Assembly: GCF_018350175.1 (NCBI RefSeq)
Contig: NC_058368.1
Location: 113,834,001 to 113,898,000, forward strand
DNA: 64,000 nucleotides
Direction: 5' to 3'
Source of the DNA: Felis catus
Lineage: Eukaryota
The stretch's first letter is position 1. Every line of letters starts with the position of its first letter. This document shows, piece after piece, positions 1-13,100 of this stretch. The notes beneath the pieces are model-generated. The model had not been told where the DNA came from, did no database searches, and was given only the letters and a program-made list of their open reading frames with translations. A program made the position numbers and the translations under genes.

Positions 1-1984
1 CTCAGAATTTCAAGAGCCTTGATTCCCACCTAGTACTTTCTAAATGCATGCGCACACACATGCATATCCTGCATCATGTTACCCAATAAAGTTAATGAGC
101 CTGAGCTAGCCAGACTCACCTTGGAACATGCATGACCAGCAGAGCACAGATCCAGCACAAGAAAGAAGAAAATCCGAACAGAGACCAAAAGATCATGCCT
201 CTCTTCACAAACCCCCACTTTATTAAACTTGTTGACATTTGACTTAATAAGACTACATAAACTCATTTGTGCCTCATGACAATTCTGACCATCTTCCTTG
301 CATTAAAGAGGCTTATAGGCAACTCGTAGAAGGCTAGACAAGGTCATAGCTTTCCTAATATGCTCAGAGTCCCCTCCAGCCTCAGCCAAGGCCCTGAGGA
401 CCACTGCATGAGGCAGATGTTACCATGGGATGGCACACGTAGAGGGATCTGCACCAAGTCTAAAATGCTAAGTCCCCCATAAATGATTTTTCTAACTTCA
501 GTTGCCACAACTTTCCATAATGCTTCACAGCGTACTGCACATCTAGCGGTCTCACAGCACCAACCATGACATCATCTAGAGGTGTCACAACACTGTCCCT
601 TGACATAATCTGGGGAAGTCACAACATTCCCCATGATTTAATCCAGGTGCTGTACTAGGGCTTCTTCTGAAAATACCTTGTTTCTTAATCCCAAGAACAG
701 TCTCTGTGGTCTGAGCACCCACCCAAACTGCCCATAAGAAGAAACATCAGCCCCCAGAAGGAATTACTATCTGAACCACAAACCCTCTGAAAAACCTACA
801 ACCACCTACAGCCTACTTTTCTTTTTTTGAAGCTCAAACCCTCTGTCTGGCCCCCTAGTTCTGTATAAGAGAATTACAGGAAACTCACCATAACATTTCA
901 GTACACACCTCCCTGTTCCTTTCCCAAGGGAACTTGAGCTAATCCAAACTCTCTCTACAATATATAGCAGGCTCCTTTCAATAAAGTGCATGGAAATTGG
1001 AGCCCCAAAATTATTACAGAAAATACATTTCCTGGGCAATAATGTATTTATTCTTAGAAGCAATCTTCTTAATCTTTTCTATCCTTTGCACTGCTAATAA
1101 CTTCCCTGAGTTATGATAATATTGTATGTTAAATCACAACTGATACAATTAGAGCTGTGTCCAGACCTGCACAGCCCTGTCAGAGCTGTGGGTAAACTCA
1201 CACCTGCTTCTGGAACATCCCAAACCTCATTTCCAAAGGCAGGAAAGTAGAGAAACTGGAGAGATGTGTTCTTGCCCTACGAGGTAAAATATTTGTTGCA
1301 GGTGGCTGATCTGGGGGAAATACAATGTGGCCAGGAACACGGGTTTTAGACTCCAGCAGACTGAAATTAAAATTTACTGGCTCAGTCACCTAACAGCCAC
1401 ATGGCCCTAGGCAAGTTATGAAATTTTTTGAGCACCTGGTTTCTTATATATAAAATGGAGATGACAACAGTACTTACTTCTGAGGGTTATAAGAGAGAAC
1501 ATCATAAAGTTGCCAGCACTAAGCATGGCACAAGGGAAGCACTTAATAAACAACAGTCATTAATAATACATTATGCTGGGGATGCCTCTTATTAACTTTG
1601 AGCTTTGAGATTTGGTGTAGGAGCTGTTCTTAGGATGTGAGAACCAGGTGTCTGGGTAGCAACCATGATTCAGCTGTGGTTTCAGGAACCATATTCACTG
1701 CCTGGCAATGTGCTTTGGTGCCACCACTCGTCAGGCATCCCTTCACCCTCAGATGGCTAAAAGCTGTCAGTGTCATTCACACAGAGCAGTGGTCCACTTT
1801 GGGCTTCAACATTTCCATTTTGTTATGCTATTTCAGAGATGATTGAACAAAAATGGATATGAGCAACCACACAGTCCAAAACCAAAACCTCACACATGAG
1901 GAAATTAAATCATTCAATTCAATAAACCCCCTATCTACCTCATATCCCAGATCATTATTTCTTCTAAGTCACTCCTATTCATCC

Positions 1985-2720
1985 TTCATTAATTGAGTCA
2001 GCAATTATTTAATGCTGTATTGTATTCCAGGAAGCATGCCAGGCAATGGAGATAACAACAATGAACAAAATGGGCAAAAATATCTGACTTGGTGGAAGTT
2101 ACATTCTAGTTGGGGAAGACAGACAATAAACAGATAAATGAATGAGTGGTAGAGAGAAAAACAAAGCAGGCTCGAGTGGAGAGGGAATGGAGGAAATGTA
2201 GTCTCCCAGTTTATGTAGAGCAGTCAGAGAAATACTTGCTACCAATGGCTTTGAGCAGAAGCCTGAAAAGAGTGTGGGAAAGATATACCTGGGAAGAGAA
2301 CTCCAGGAAGAGGAAGCCACAAATGCAAAGACCCCAGGTTGGTGCAGCATGAGTTTGATGTGTTGAAAGACCTTCAGGAAGACTAGAGCTTGTACAGTGG
2401 TGTTATCAAGAGTGAAAGGAGGAAAAGAGATGAGAGAGATGGTAGAGGGCCAGATAAGGTGGGAACTTTGGCAGAAGTATCATGGCAGACACTTGGGATT
2501 TAACTCTGGAAAGACTAGCAGTTGGTGTGGTCTCTGAATAGAACAGAGACATAAGTACACTTAAACTTTTAAAGGATCTCTCTGGATGCTCTAATAAGAA
2601 TGGACTGCATGTGTAGCAAGGTGAAAATAGAGAAGTCAGTTAGAAGAGACTTCTACGTTATTCTAGAAGAGAGTTAATGGTAACATGGACTAGGAGATGG
2701 CAATAGAAGTGTGAGAAGAC
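1985..2720 (-). mobile_element. L2 LINE remnant (3' part)
   Basis: Degenerate L2 3'-end antisense motifs (tattccaggaagcatgccaggcaatggagata..., acattctagttgggg). Confidence 0.65.
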
Positions 2721-3384
2721 TCAGACCTCACTTGCTACAAGGGACCTCCCCGCTCCCTCGTGCTCAAGCACCAAAGCACTTTTACCCTGTATTTTAATAA
2801 TCTTTCTACCTCTACTGACTCTGAATTCCTTGAGGTAAGGTCTATATTTCATGTACTCCTATAACCTCAGCACCTAATCTAACATCTAGTACAGGGTACA
2901 CAGTCATAATAAAATAAACAAACATTTTTTTTTTTTTGCTTCCTACTACATGCCAGTACTATAGGGATGAACACCACTGGTCTATGGCCCTAGGGGATAG
3001 AGCATTGAATGGTTATTTTATTCAAGAGTGATCCTGAAAGCCCATGGTTTGTTGTTTTTCTGAGGCTAAAAATTGAATTATTTGCTTCAAGACTGGTATG
3101 TAAGAAAAAGACACTTTCCAAGCCCCAGTGAGTATACGGAATATACACCTCAATTCAACTTAGTTTTTCCTCTCCTTTTGTTTCAGTGGCATTTTGAAGG
3201 GAAGGGATTCACACATTTCAGGATCCACAAAGATCTCCCTCATAAAGTCAAGAATATGTTACATGATGCAGTCTCAACTTTCATCAGACTCCTATTCTAG
3301 TGGGGAGACACAGACTGTAATAAAGTATAAGGGCCATAATAAGGTGGAAAATATGGAAAAGAGACAAAGAAGATATTTCATATC

Positions 3385-5703
3385 TTAAAATCAATTAATG
3401 TAATTACCTCACTAGATGCAGAAAAAGCATTTGATAAAATCTTACACCGCTTTATGATAAAAACCTCAACAGACTAGGAATAGAAGAAAATTTCTTCAAC
3501 ACGATAAAGGGCATTTACAAAAAACCTACTTTAACATCATGCTAAATGGTACAAAAACTAGATACTTTCCCCTAAGATCAGAAAAAACAGAAGGATGTCC
3601 ACTCTACCACTTTTATCGAACATTGTACCAGATGTTCTAGGAATGGAAATTAAGAAAGAAAGTGAAATAAATAAAACACATCTAAATTGGAAAGGAAGAC
3701 GTAAAATATCTCTATTCACAGATGACATAATCTTGTATACAGGAAATCCTAAGGAATCCACTAAAAAAGTACTAGAATTAATAAATAAGTTCAGCAAGAT
3801 TGCAGAATACAAGATCAATATACAAAAAAATCAATTGTATTTTTATACACTAGCAATAAGCATCCAAAAATGAAATTAAGAACACAATTCCATTTACAGC
3901 AACATCGAAAAAAGTACAATACTTAGGAATAAGTTTAACAAAACTTACTGAAAAGCTATAGTGATCAAGCCCTTGTAGCACTGACATAAAGATAGACATG
4001 TAGATTATGGATTAGAACTGAGAGTCCAAAGATAACTTCATACACTTATGGTCAATTTATTTTCAACAAGGATCTAAGATTGTTAATGGGAAAAAAATAT
4101 TTTATCAACAAATGCTGGTGGGACAACTGGAGAGCCAATGCAAAATAATGGAGTTGGACTCATCTCAGATCACATACAAAAAGGAACACAAAATGGAGCA
4201 AAGACCTAAATGTAAGAACAAAGATTATAAAACACTTAGATAATAATATAGGAATAAATCTTCATGACCTTGGATTTGGCAATGGATTCTTAGCACAAGC
4301 TAAGACACAAAAGCACAAGCAACAAAAGATAAAATAGATAAATTTCACTTCCTTAAATTTAGAAATTATTTTGTCTCAAAGGACGCTATCCAGAAAGTGA
4401 AAGACAGTCCACAGAATGGTAGAAAATATCTGCAAACCGTACCTGATTAGGACTTGTATCTAAAATATATAAAAACATTTACACTCAATAATAAAAACAC
4501 AGAAAACCCAATTTTAAAATCGTCCAAAAATCTGAATAGACCAAGAAAGATATACAAATTGTCAGTAAGCACATTAAAGAGATGTTCAACATCATTAGTA
4601 TCAGGGAAATGCAAATTGTAACTACTTTACATCCAGTAGAATGGCTATAATCAAAAAGTCAGATAATAAGAAGTATTGGTAAAGATGTGAAGAAATTAGT
4701 ACTCTCATACACTGTTGGTGGATTATATATAATGCCACAACCACTTTGGGAAATAGTCTAGAAGTTTCTCAAAACGTTATACATAGATTTAACATTTGAC
4801 CCAGCAATTCCACTCCTAGGTATATACCCAAGAGAAATGAAAATACATGTCTACCCAAAACCTTGTATATGAACGTTTTTAGCAATATTATTCATAGTAT
4901 CCAAAAGGCAGAAACTCATGTGTCCATCAATTGATGAACATATAAACAAAATGCTGTAAATCTATACAATGGAATATTATTCAGCCATAAAAAAGAATGA
5001 GGTATGGATACATGTTACAATATGGATGAATATTGAAGACAGTAGGCTAAGTGAAAAAAACCTCTCACAAAATATCACATATCATTATCTTATTTATATA
5101 AAAGTTCAGAAAAGGTAAATATATAGAGACAAACTAGATTAAGGGTTGTTTGGGTTGGGTGGTATCTTAATCAGTTAAGGCTACCATAACAAAGTACCAT
5201 AGACTGGATGGCTTATAAACAACAGAAATATATTTCTCACAGCTTTGGAGACTGGAAGTCTGAGATTGGGGTGCCAGTATTGCCAGGTTCTGGTGAGGGC
5301 CCTTTTCCAGGATGTACATTGCTGACTTCTCACTGTATCTTCATATAAATGAAAAAGACCAAGCTAGCTCTCTGGCTTTTGTTATAATGGTACTCACCCC
5401 ACTCATGGTGGCTTCACTCTATGAACTAATTATCTCTCAAAGGCTCACCTCCAAATACCATCACATGGAGGATTAGATTTCAAGATATGAATTTGGGGGA
5501 GACACAAACATTCAGTTCATAACTAATGTAATGGGGGAGTGGGAGATAACAGCTAAAGGGTATGGACTTTCTGTGATGATTAAAAGTTCTAAAATGTGTT
5601 TAATGATGGTTTCACAGCTCTGTGAATATATTAAGAAACCACCAAATTATATACTTTAAATTGGTAAGTTGCATGGAATGTGAAATATATTTCAATAAAG
5701 GAG
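3385..5703 (+). mobile_element. Old L1 (L1MB-like): ORF2 fragments and 3' UTR, interrupted by a MaLR LTR
   Basis: RT-like translation PLLSNIV...SLFTDDIILY at 3595-3873; ORF2 3' motifs; 3' UTR ends in aataaa near 5694. Confidence 0.9.
5162..5523 (-). mobile_element. MLT1A-like MaLR solo LTR inside the L1 3' UTR
   Basis: ccataacaaagtaccatagactggatggcttataaacaacagaaat... ending ggggagacacaaacattcagttcataac; L1 UTR resumes afterwards. Confidence 0.85.
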
Positions 5704-5889
5704 TTATAAAAACAAAGAGGTAAGGGGGATAGAATGAAAGAATCTAATAAGTTTAATCAGAGGCCCAAAAGTAGGAGAGAAGAGAAAATAGATCAGAGGG
5801 GAAATTTGGAGGGGATTTTTCAGAAAATATAAAAGATACCAATCCAAAGATTCAAGAAGCCCAACAAATCCCAAAAATGATAAGTAAAA

Positions 5890-6005
5890 AGAAAAAAGAA
5901 GACAGAAAGAAAGACAGAAAAAAAAGACAGAAAGGAAGGAAGGAAGGAAGGAAGGAAGGAAGGAAGGAAGGAAGGAAAATAGAAGGAAGGAAGGGAGGGA
6001 GAAGG
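5890..6005 (+). repeat. Purine-rich (GAAA/GGAA)n microsatellite within a degenerate L1 ORF1-like remnant (~5720-6240)
   Basis: GGAA tandem run at ~5931-5977, seen directly. Confidence 0.9.
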
Positions 6006-6249
6006 ACAATTACCTGATAGGTGGTACTGTGAAACCACAGAACACCAAAGAGGAAAAAACCTGTAAAGACTCTCAGAGGAAAATGGCAGAGGAATGAATT
6101 AGATTCACAGGTGACTTATCAATAGTAACAATGGAAGTCTAAAGATGGAGGAATTATATGTAAAATGTACTGAAAAAAATTACTATCAATCTAGATTTGT
6201 GTAAAATAAATAAAAGCTGAGAGAATTTAAATCTAAAAGAATAGGGTGA

Positions 6250-6469
6250 GGGGCGCCTGGGTGGCTCAGTCGGTTGAGTATCCGACTTCATCTCAGGTCA
6301 TGATCTCATGATTCAGGAGTTTGAGCCCTGCGTCGTGCTCTGTGCTGACAGCTTGGAGCCTGGAGTCTGCTTCAGATTCTGTGTCTCCCTCTCTCTCTGC
6401 CCCTCCCCTGCTCATGCTCTGTCTCCCTCTGTCTCTCAAAAATAAAATAAATGTTAAAAAAAAAAAGTA
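6250..6469 (+). mobile_element. Can-SINE (felid type)
   Basis: ggggcgcctgggtggctcagtcgg head, CT tract, A tail; TSD taaaagaatagggtga / taaaagaataaggtga. Confidence 0.95.
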
Positions 6470-6727
6470 TAAAAGAATAAGGTGAGAGAAAACTAGGAAA
6501 TATCTGGTGTAATGACTTTGTGTAATAGAAAAAGAGCTTTAGCTCTGGAACCGCAAGACCTGAATATGAATCAAGGTCCTATTACTACTAGGGAAAATGA
6601 AAGTTGTACATGTCACAGAGCCTCTTTATAACTCAGTTTCCTCAACTGTATCACAGGAATGTCTGCCCACTTACCTCACAGAGTTTATACAAAGCTTGAA
6701 TACAATCACATCTCCTAAATCCCTATA

Positions 6728-9660
6728 TTAGAAAACAAGACAAGGATGTCCACTCTCACTATAACTACTGAACATAGTACTAGAAGTCTTAGCCTCAGCA
6801 ATTAGACAACAAAAAGAAATAAAAGACATCCAGGTCAGCAAGGAAGAAGTCAAACCTTCACTATTTACAGACAACATGATACTCAATGTAGAAAACACAA
6901 AAGACTGCACCAAAAAATTTCTAGAACTAATACATTAATTCAGCAAAGTCTCAGGATATAAAATCAATGTACAGAAATTTATTGCATTTCTATACACCAA
7001 TAACGAAGCAGCAGAAAAAGATATCAAGGAATTGATCCCCTTTACCATAAGACCAAAAAGAAATATATACCTAGGAATAAACCTAACCAAAGAGGTAAAA
7101 GATCTGTACTCTGTAAACTATAGAACACAAGAGAACACAAAGAAAAGAAAAAGCATTCAATGCTCATGGATTAGAAGAACAAACATTGTTAAAATGTTGA
7201 TACTACCCAAAGCAATCTACACAGTTAATGAAATCCCCATCAAAATACCAACAGCATTTTTCACAGAGCTAGAACAAACAATTCTCAAAATGTGTGGAAC
7301 CACAAAAGACCCCAAGTAGCCAAAGCCATCCTAAAAAATAGAAACAAAACTGAAAGCATCACGGTTCCAGATTTCAAGCTATATTATAAAACTATAGTCA
7401 ATAAGACAGTATGGTCCTGACACAAAAACAGACACATAGATCAATGGAACAGAATAGAAAACCCAGAAATAGACCCACAACTAGACGGTCAACTAATCTT
7501 CAACAAAGCAGAAAAGAATTCCAATGGAAAAAAGATAGTCTCTTTAACAAATGGTTTTGGGAACACTGGACAGCAATATGCAGAAGAATGAACCCAGACC
7601 ACTGTCTTATACCATACACAAGAATAAATTCAAAATGATGAAAGACCTAAATGTGAGACAAGAAACAGTAAAATCCTAGAGAAGAACATAGGCAGCAACC
7701 TCTTTGACATCAGCCAGAGCAACTTCTTACTAAACATGTTGCCAGAGGCAAGGGAAACAAAAGCAAAAAGCAACTATTTGGACTTCATCTAGATAAAAAC
7801 TCCTGCACAGCAAAGGGAAAAATCAATAAAACTAAAAGGCATTCAATGGAATGGGAGAATATATTTGCAAATGGCATTCTGATAAAGGGTTAGTATCAAA
7901 ATCTATAAGGAACATATCAAACTCAACACCCAAAAAACAAACAGCCCCATTAAGAAATGGGCAGAAGACATGAATTGAAACTTTTCCAAAGACATCCAGA
8001 GGGCTAACAGACACATGGAAAGAGTGGGGGACAAGCTTAGGAATCCCCCAGGCTTACACCAATGGGTTAAAAAGGCACAAAGAAATACAAAGTCAATAAA
8101 ATGCTCACACCTGAGTTTGGGTAAACCAGATTGGCACTCCAAGAATATGGGGGTGCAAAGACACTCTGAGAATAGGGAGGCACAAAGGTGCCAGGAATAG
8201 GGAGGTGCAAAGGCACCCCAAAATAGGGAGGGGTGCTGAGCCCCCAAAAATATATAGAGAGAGGCAAAAGCCTGAAATAAAAATGGCGCAAAGGTGCCCA
8301 ATACATAGGAATAACAAGATTAGATATTCAGGGTGAAAGCACCCCAAATTGAGTACTATAGCAGAAAGCTCCTTTCATAGGAGAATAGGGCCAGGTTAGG
8401 TAAATTGGTGAATTGGACTTTGGACCACTGCGCTACAGGCAAGTAGCCCAGAGTGGAGATGGTTAACAAAAGAAAAGGTGGCTTATTAACCCTGCGGTTA
8501 TTCCCCCTATCTGTTTCATACCCTAGGCTGGCAAAGATAAACAAGCATGGTGTCTCTTGTCTGCTGTTAACAACCATCTACCCATCTGCCTGGCACCTGG
8601 ATTTTATTTTATATTGACCCAAACCCCAACCAGTGTATATCTTCAAAATCTCCTTTCCCTCTCACATCCACAAGTTAATGTTCCTAGTTTCTTTGTCTCT
8701 TTGTACACTCCCATCACATTCGCAAGCCTTCTGATCTGAATAAATACGGGGAAAGGACCCTTATTCAGGGCACTTGCTTTTTCCAGGACATTAGCCATCT
8801 CTTGTTTTAATCCTGCATCCACTCTTTTGCTGGCCAAAAGAGAACTTTAGACCTAGAGTTTATGACAGAAAAGATGCTCAACATCAGGTAAATTCAAATA
8901 AAAACAATGAAGAGATACTGCCTTATCAGAATGGCTAAAATTAACAAAACAAGAAACAAAAGGTGTTAATGAGGATGCGGAGAAAGGGGAACCCTCTTGC
9001 ACTGTTGGTGGGAATGCAAACAGGTGCAGCCACTCTGGAGAACAGTATGGGGATTCCTCAAAACGTTAAAAATAGAACTACCCTATGATCCACCAATTGC
9101 ACTACCAGGTATTTATCCAAAGGATACAAAAATACAGACTCAAAGGGGTACAGGCACGCTGATGTTTATGACAGCATTATCAACAATAGCCAAATTATGG
9201 AAAGAGCCCAAATGTCCATAGATTGATGAATGGATAAAGAAGATGTGGTATATATTTAAACAACTGAATATTACTCAGCCACCAAAAGGAATGAATCTTG
9301 CCATTTGCAATGACATGTATGGAGCTAGAATGTATTATGCTAAATGAAATAACTGAATCAGAGAAAGGTAAATACCCTATTATTTCACTCACATGTGGAA
9401 TTTAAGAAAGAAAACAGATAAACATATGAGGAGGGTGGGGAGTAAAAGAGAGAGAGAAACAAACAATAAAAGACTCAATAATAGAGAATAAACTGAAAGT
9501 TAATGGAAGGAAGTGTGTAGGGGAAGGGCTAGATAGGTTATAGGTATTAAGGAGGGCACATGTTATGATGAGCACTGGGTGTTGTATGTAAGTGATGAAT
9601 CACCGAATTCTACTCATGAAACCAATATTGCACTATATGTTAATTAACTAGAAGAAATAA
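6728..9660 (+). mobile_element. 5'-truncated carnivore L1 (ORF2 RT to 3' UTR), interrupted by an LTR at ~8022-8867
   Basis: ORF2-like peptides at 7032, 7411 and 8997; RT motif decayed to FTDN; the L1 sequence acacatg...gaaaagatgctca is split by the insert. Confidence 0.93.
8022..8867 (+). mobile_element. Solo LTR, probably carnivore ERV1 class; 5' boundary approximate
   Basis: ~845 bp non-L1 insert ending in ...tatgaCA, with AATAAA at 8739-8744, a TATA-like gtatat near 8635 and a tandem array in the U3-like part. Confidence 0.75.
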
Positions 9661-9760
9661 AGAAAGAAAGAAGAAAGAAAGAAAGAAAGAAAGAAGGAAG
9701 GAAGGAAGGAAGGAAGGAAGGAAGGAAGGAAGGAAGGAAGGAAGGAAGGAAGGAAAAGAA
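9650..9760 (+). repeat. (GAAA)n(GGAA)n microsatellite grown from the L1 A-tail
   Basis: Tandem run immediately after the L1 3' end. Confidence 0.95.
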
Positions 9761-9896
9761 TGAATTTGGAGAGTCATGCACAAGTTGGTGACGCTGTCCG
9801 TGGTTCTGATCTTGCTTGCTAAGATAAAAGTTTTTCCCAACCTGGGAGAGTGGTGATCAATGAACCTCTTTCAAGAATTCTTTTAAAATATAGGAA

Positions 9897-10050
9897 GGGG
9901 TGCTTGGATGTTACAGTTGGTTGAGTGTCTGACTCTTGATTTCATCACAGGTAATGATCCCAAGGTCATGAGATTGAGTCCCATATCAGGCTTCTGAACT
10001 GAGCATGGAGCCTGCTTAAGATGCCCTGTCTCCTTCTGCCCCTCTCCTCA

Positions 10051-10104
<54 letters not shown>

Positions 10105-10170
10105 TCCCTCTCTCCCCAACTCTATCTCTCTATCTCTTTATCTCTCTTTAAAATAAAAATAAATAAAAAC
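9897..10170 (+). mobile_element. Older Can-SINE with expanded (CT)n
   Basis: Diverged tRNA-like head, (CT)n at ~10038-10102, A-rich tail. Confidence 0.9.
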
Positions 10171-13100
10171 CAAACATATAGGGAAAGGCAGTGATGTGAG
10201 AGAAGGGAAGGAGGGGAAAAGGGCAGGACAGAAATAGAGAGGGGGAAAAAGACCATTGTAAAAGCAGACACCTCTGAAAGATTAATTAGCCAAGGAAAGA
10301 AGAAGATTGTTATTCTATCTTTCAAACAATTGTAGTTACCAAGAAGCCATGACCAACCATAATTGAAATGTGAATTACAAAATTACTGAGGGAAAGTAGG
10401 AAATGTTTCAAGGGTACCAAGTGATGCCAACATTTGCTAGTGTTGACACAAGTAAATAAGTTATTGGGGGTGGATGAGAATAGCAGGTAGTAGAGATTGT
10501 ATGATTGACTTATGTCATGCCAAAGTTTGCATGGTTTTTCTTTGTTTTTATTTTATATATCTTGATGTAAACTGAGACCCATGTGCTATAATTTACATAG
10601 CTTCTTTCAAGTTCTTGTGCAAATCCTATCGTATCTCCAACAGCTAAATTATTTTTCTCCCTGAGAATTTGAGGGGCATTCCCTTCCACCATCTCTCTTC
10701 TCCTTTGCCCATACCTCTCTCAGGCCAGCACTGACAGTACACACCACATTGAGTACACTCAGCTGCTCAGCCACTGAAAGTTGACAAATTGCCAGTTCTT
10801 TCAGCAGACAGCAATTATTCATAGCTTATTTTCAAAGCACTTGAACTCTATAATGTATGCTCACTCTGCTACAAGGAATTACAGAAAATTGATACACTCC
10901 TCAATACCAAGAAGCAGAATTATTGTTCTTGGTCTGGGTGTTTACATGTCGTCTGGGCTTCAGGGCACATGAGGAGAAACTTCAGAATTGAGGGCAATGT
11001 TCAAGGGGCCTGGAGTGTGAGATGGCTGAGAACTGCTCAGAGGCTGGTAAGGACTTCTCTGCAGAGTAATCATGGGCATCAGCACAGAGGGGTCACAGCT
11101 AGAAATCAAGGCCAGTTGGAGTGTTCCACATGGGAGATAATTCTATTCAGTCCACTCTGTTGGCCTTTTTATTCTCAATATAATTTCTCAGTATTCCAGA
11201 ATGTCAGAGATAGAAAGGACTTAAATAAAGTCCATGTTTTACATCATTCTCATTTACAAGCAGACAACAATAAAACCCTGAAATCCAGAGAGGTTAGGTG
11301 ACTTCCAAGGTCACAGAATTAGTGAGATAATCAAGGCTGGAATCCAAGGCTGTGATTCACATCCAGTGCCTATTCCATTACACTATGGTCACTCTGGCTT
11401 AACCACTTACTATTTATGTGTCCATAAGTAAGTTAACTACCTTCTCTGTGCTCTCATTTTCTTATCTGTTGAAAGGGGACCTAATTAGAACCCTTCTCTT
11501 TGGGTTCATGAAGATTGAATGAGATAATTCTAAGAAGTGCATAGCATAATGTCTGGCTCATAGTGAGCATTCAATAAATGACAACTCTCATTATTATTAC
11601 TAGTGTTATTAACATTTCCATCTTAAACATGAAGAAACTAAGTATTAGAGCCCCAAAAAGACTTGACAAAAGAATAATATTTTAAAATATTTGCTTTTTA
11701 GAGAGAGGAGCCAAGGTGGTGAAACAGAATGGAAGTTTTTTTGTGTCTCGCATCCCTGAAATACAGCCAGATCAACACTAAACCATCCTGCACACCTAGG
11801 AAACTGATTGAGGATTAACACAGCAATCTACACAACCTGAACCATAGAACTCAGCAGGTATGTGATGCAGAGAGGTGAAATGGGGGAGAGAAAAGCCACA
11901 GAGGGCAGGGAGCTGTTTTGCTTGTGGAGAGAGAATGGAGATGGGGGAGAGTATGAGAAAAGTACCCCCCCCCAAAAGCAACTGGAGAGAAAGTGAAAAA
12001 GTGGAAACAGCCACAAGGACTGAAATAGAAAGGGAGAAAGGAGAAAGGAGAGGGTTTAAATTCCATTAAGACTCTGTAAACAGGGAGAGCACATAGTCTG
12101 AAACTCTGCAGCTTGATACCTAGCAGTGCTCTGGTGAGAAGGGTGAATCCCCAGGAGCAGAGTGAAGTCCAAGGGTGCTCCGACCACAAGGCGGGGGGGG
12201 GGGGGTAGTTCCCCTGCTGGGAGGAATTTGGTAGAGGCTGTGTGCCCCCCAATAGGTAAAGGCCCTAGAGAACAACCCCAGAGAACCCAGGACCCTGGAG
12301 AACAACCACATTCACTGGTGCTGGAAAATGGTCATTAAGGGTGAAGCCTGGTGCCAGATGTGTGTTGTGATTTTCCATAATCCCTGAAACACTGCTGCTA
12401 CACGATCATGTGAACTTTTTCTGGGGTGGGCTGGCACCCGGCCACAATCTCTGGGCATCAGCAGCAGCACAGTCCCACAAATGTTCCTGGGTGCAGCCAG
12501 CACCTGGCCATTGCTCAGGGAGACCCTCCCACAGAGGGGAAGATCAGGTCAAAGCTGCAGTCCCTCAGAAGTAAGGGGACGGGAAAAACAGCCACATCTG
12601 AGATAACTCAGGAGGGAGGTGTCGCCTGGGGCTTGGTCATGGACAGTGTAAAAGAGGGGAGAGGACAGAAGCCAGAGACAAAGGACAGGTGCATGATTGC
12701 TGATCGGGGAGAACAGTGCTCCGATATTAAATATTGGGTAGCTGGGTGATGCCATTTTCACCCCTCCTGCGCATGTGCACATACACCTACAAGTGCCACA
12801 ACAATCTACCCCAGTAAGCTGAGCAGCACCATCTAGTGGAGAATGGAGCTGTTACACTAAGCTCTGCCCAACTGGGCCAACTTCACTCTTCAGGAAGACC
12901 ACAAGTCTTTCTGCCTGTTTAGTTTACAGACAATAAGTCTGTAGTTGACTTCTAGGGGAAAACAATGTAATTTCAATCGTATTTCAGACTCTTCACTGGT
13001 CCATCTATTAAATTTTCTTTTTTTCTTTTTTATTTCTTTTCTTTTTCTTGAATACAGAGAGAGAAAAAATTATTTTATTTTCAATTTTTATTGAAAATAT

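Noticed and set aside
5704..6038. Low-complexity ORFs (PSFL repeats; also 9640-9840 and 43724-44002)
   Set aside because: Translations of microsatellites.
6700..6730. TSD for the 6728-9660 L1
   Set aside because: No convincing duplication found; the tail microsatellite obscures the right junction, so no claim is made.
8141..8346. CRISPR-like array of palindromic repeats
   Set aside because: Mammalian LTR context; units degenerate, no unique spacers, no cas genes.
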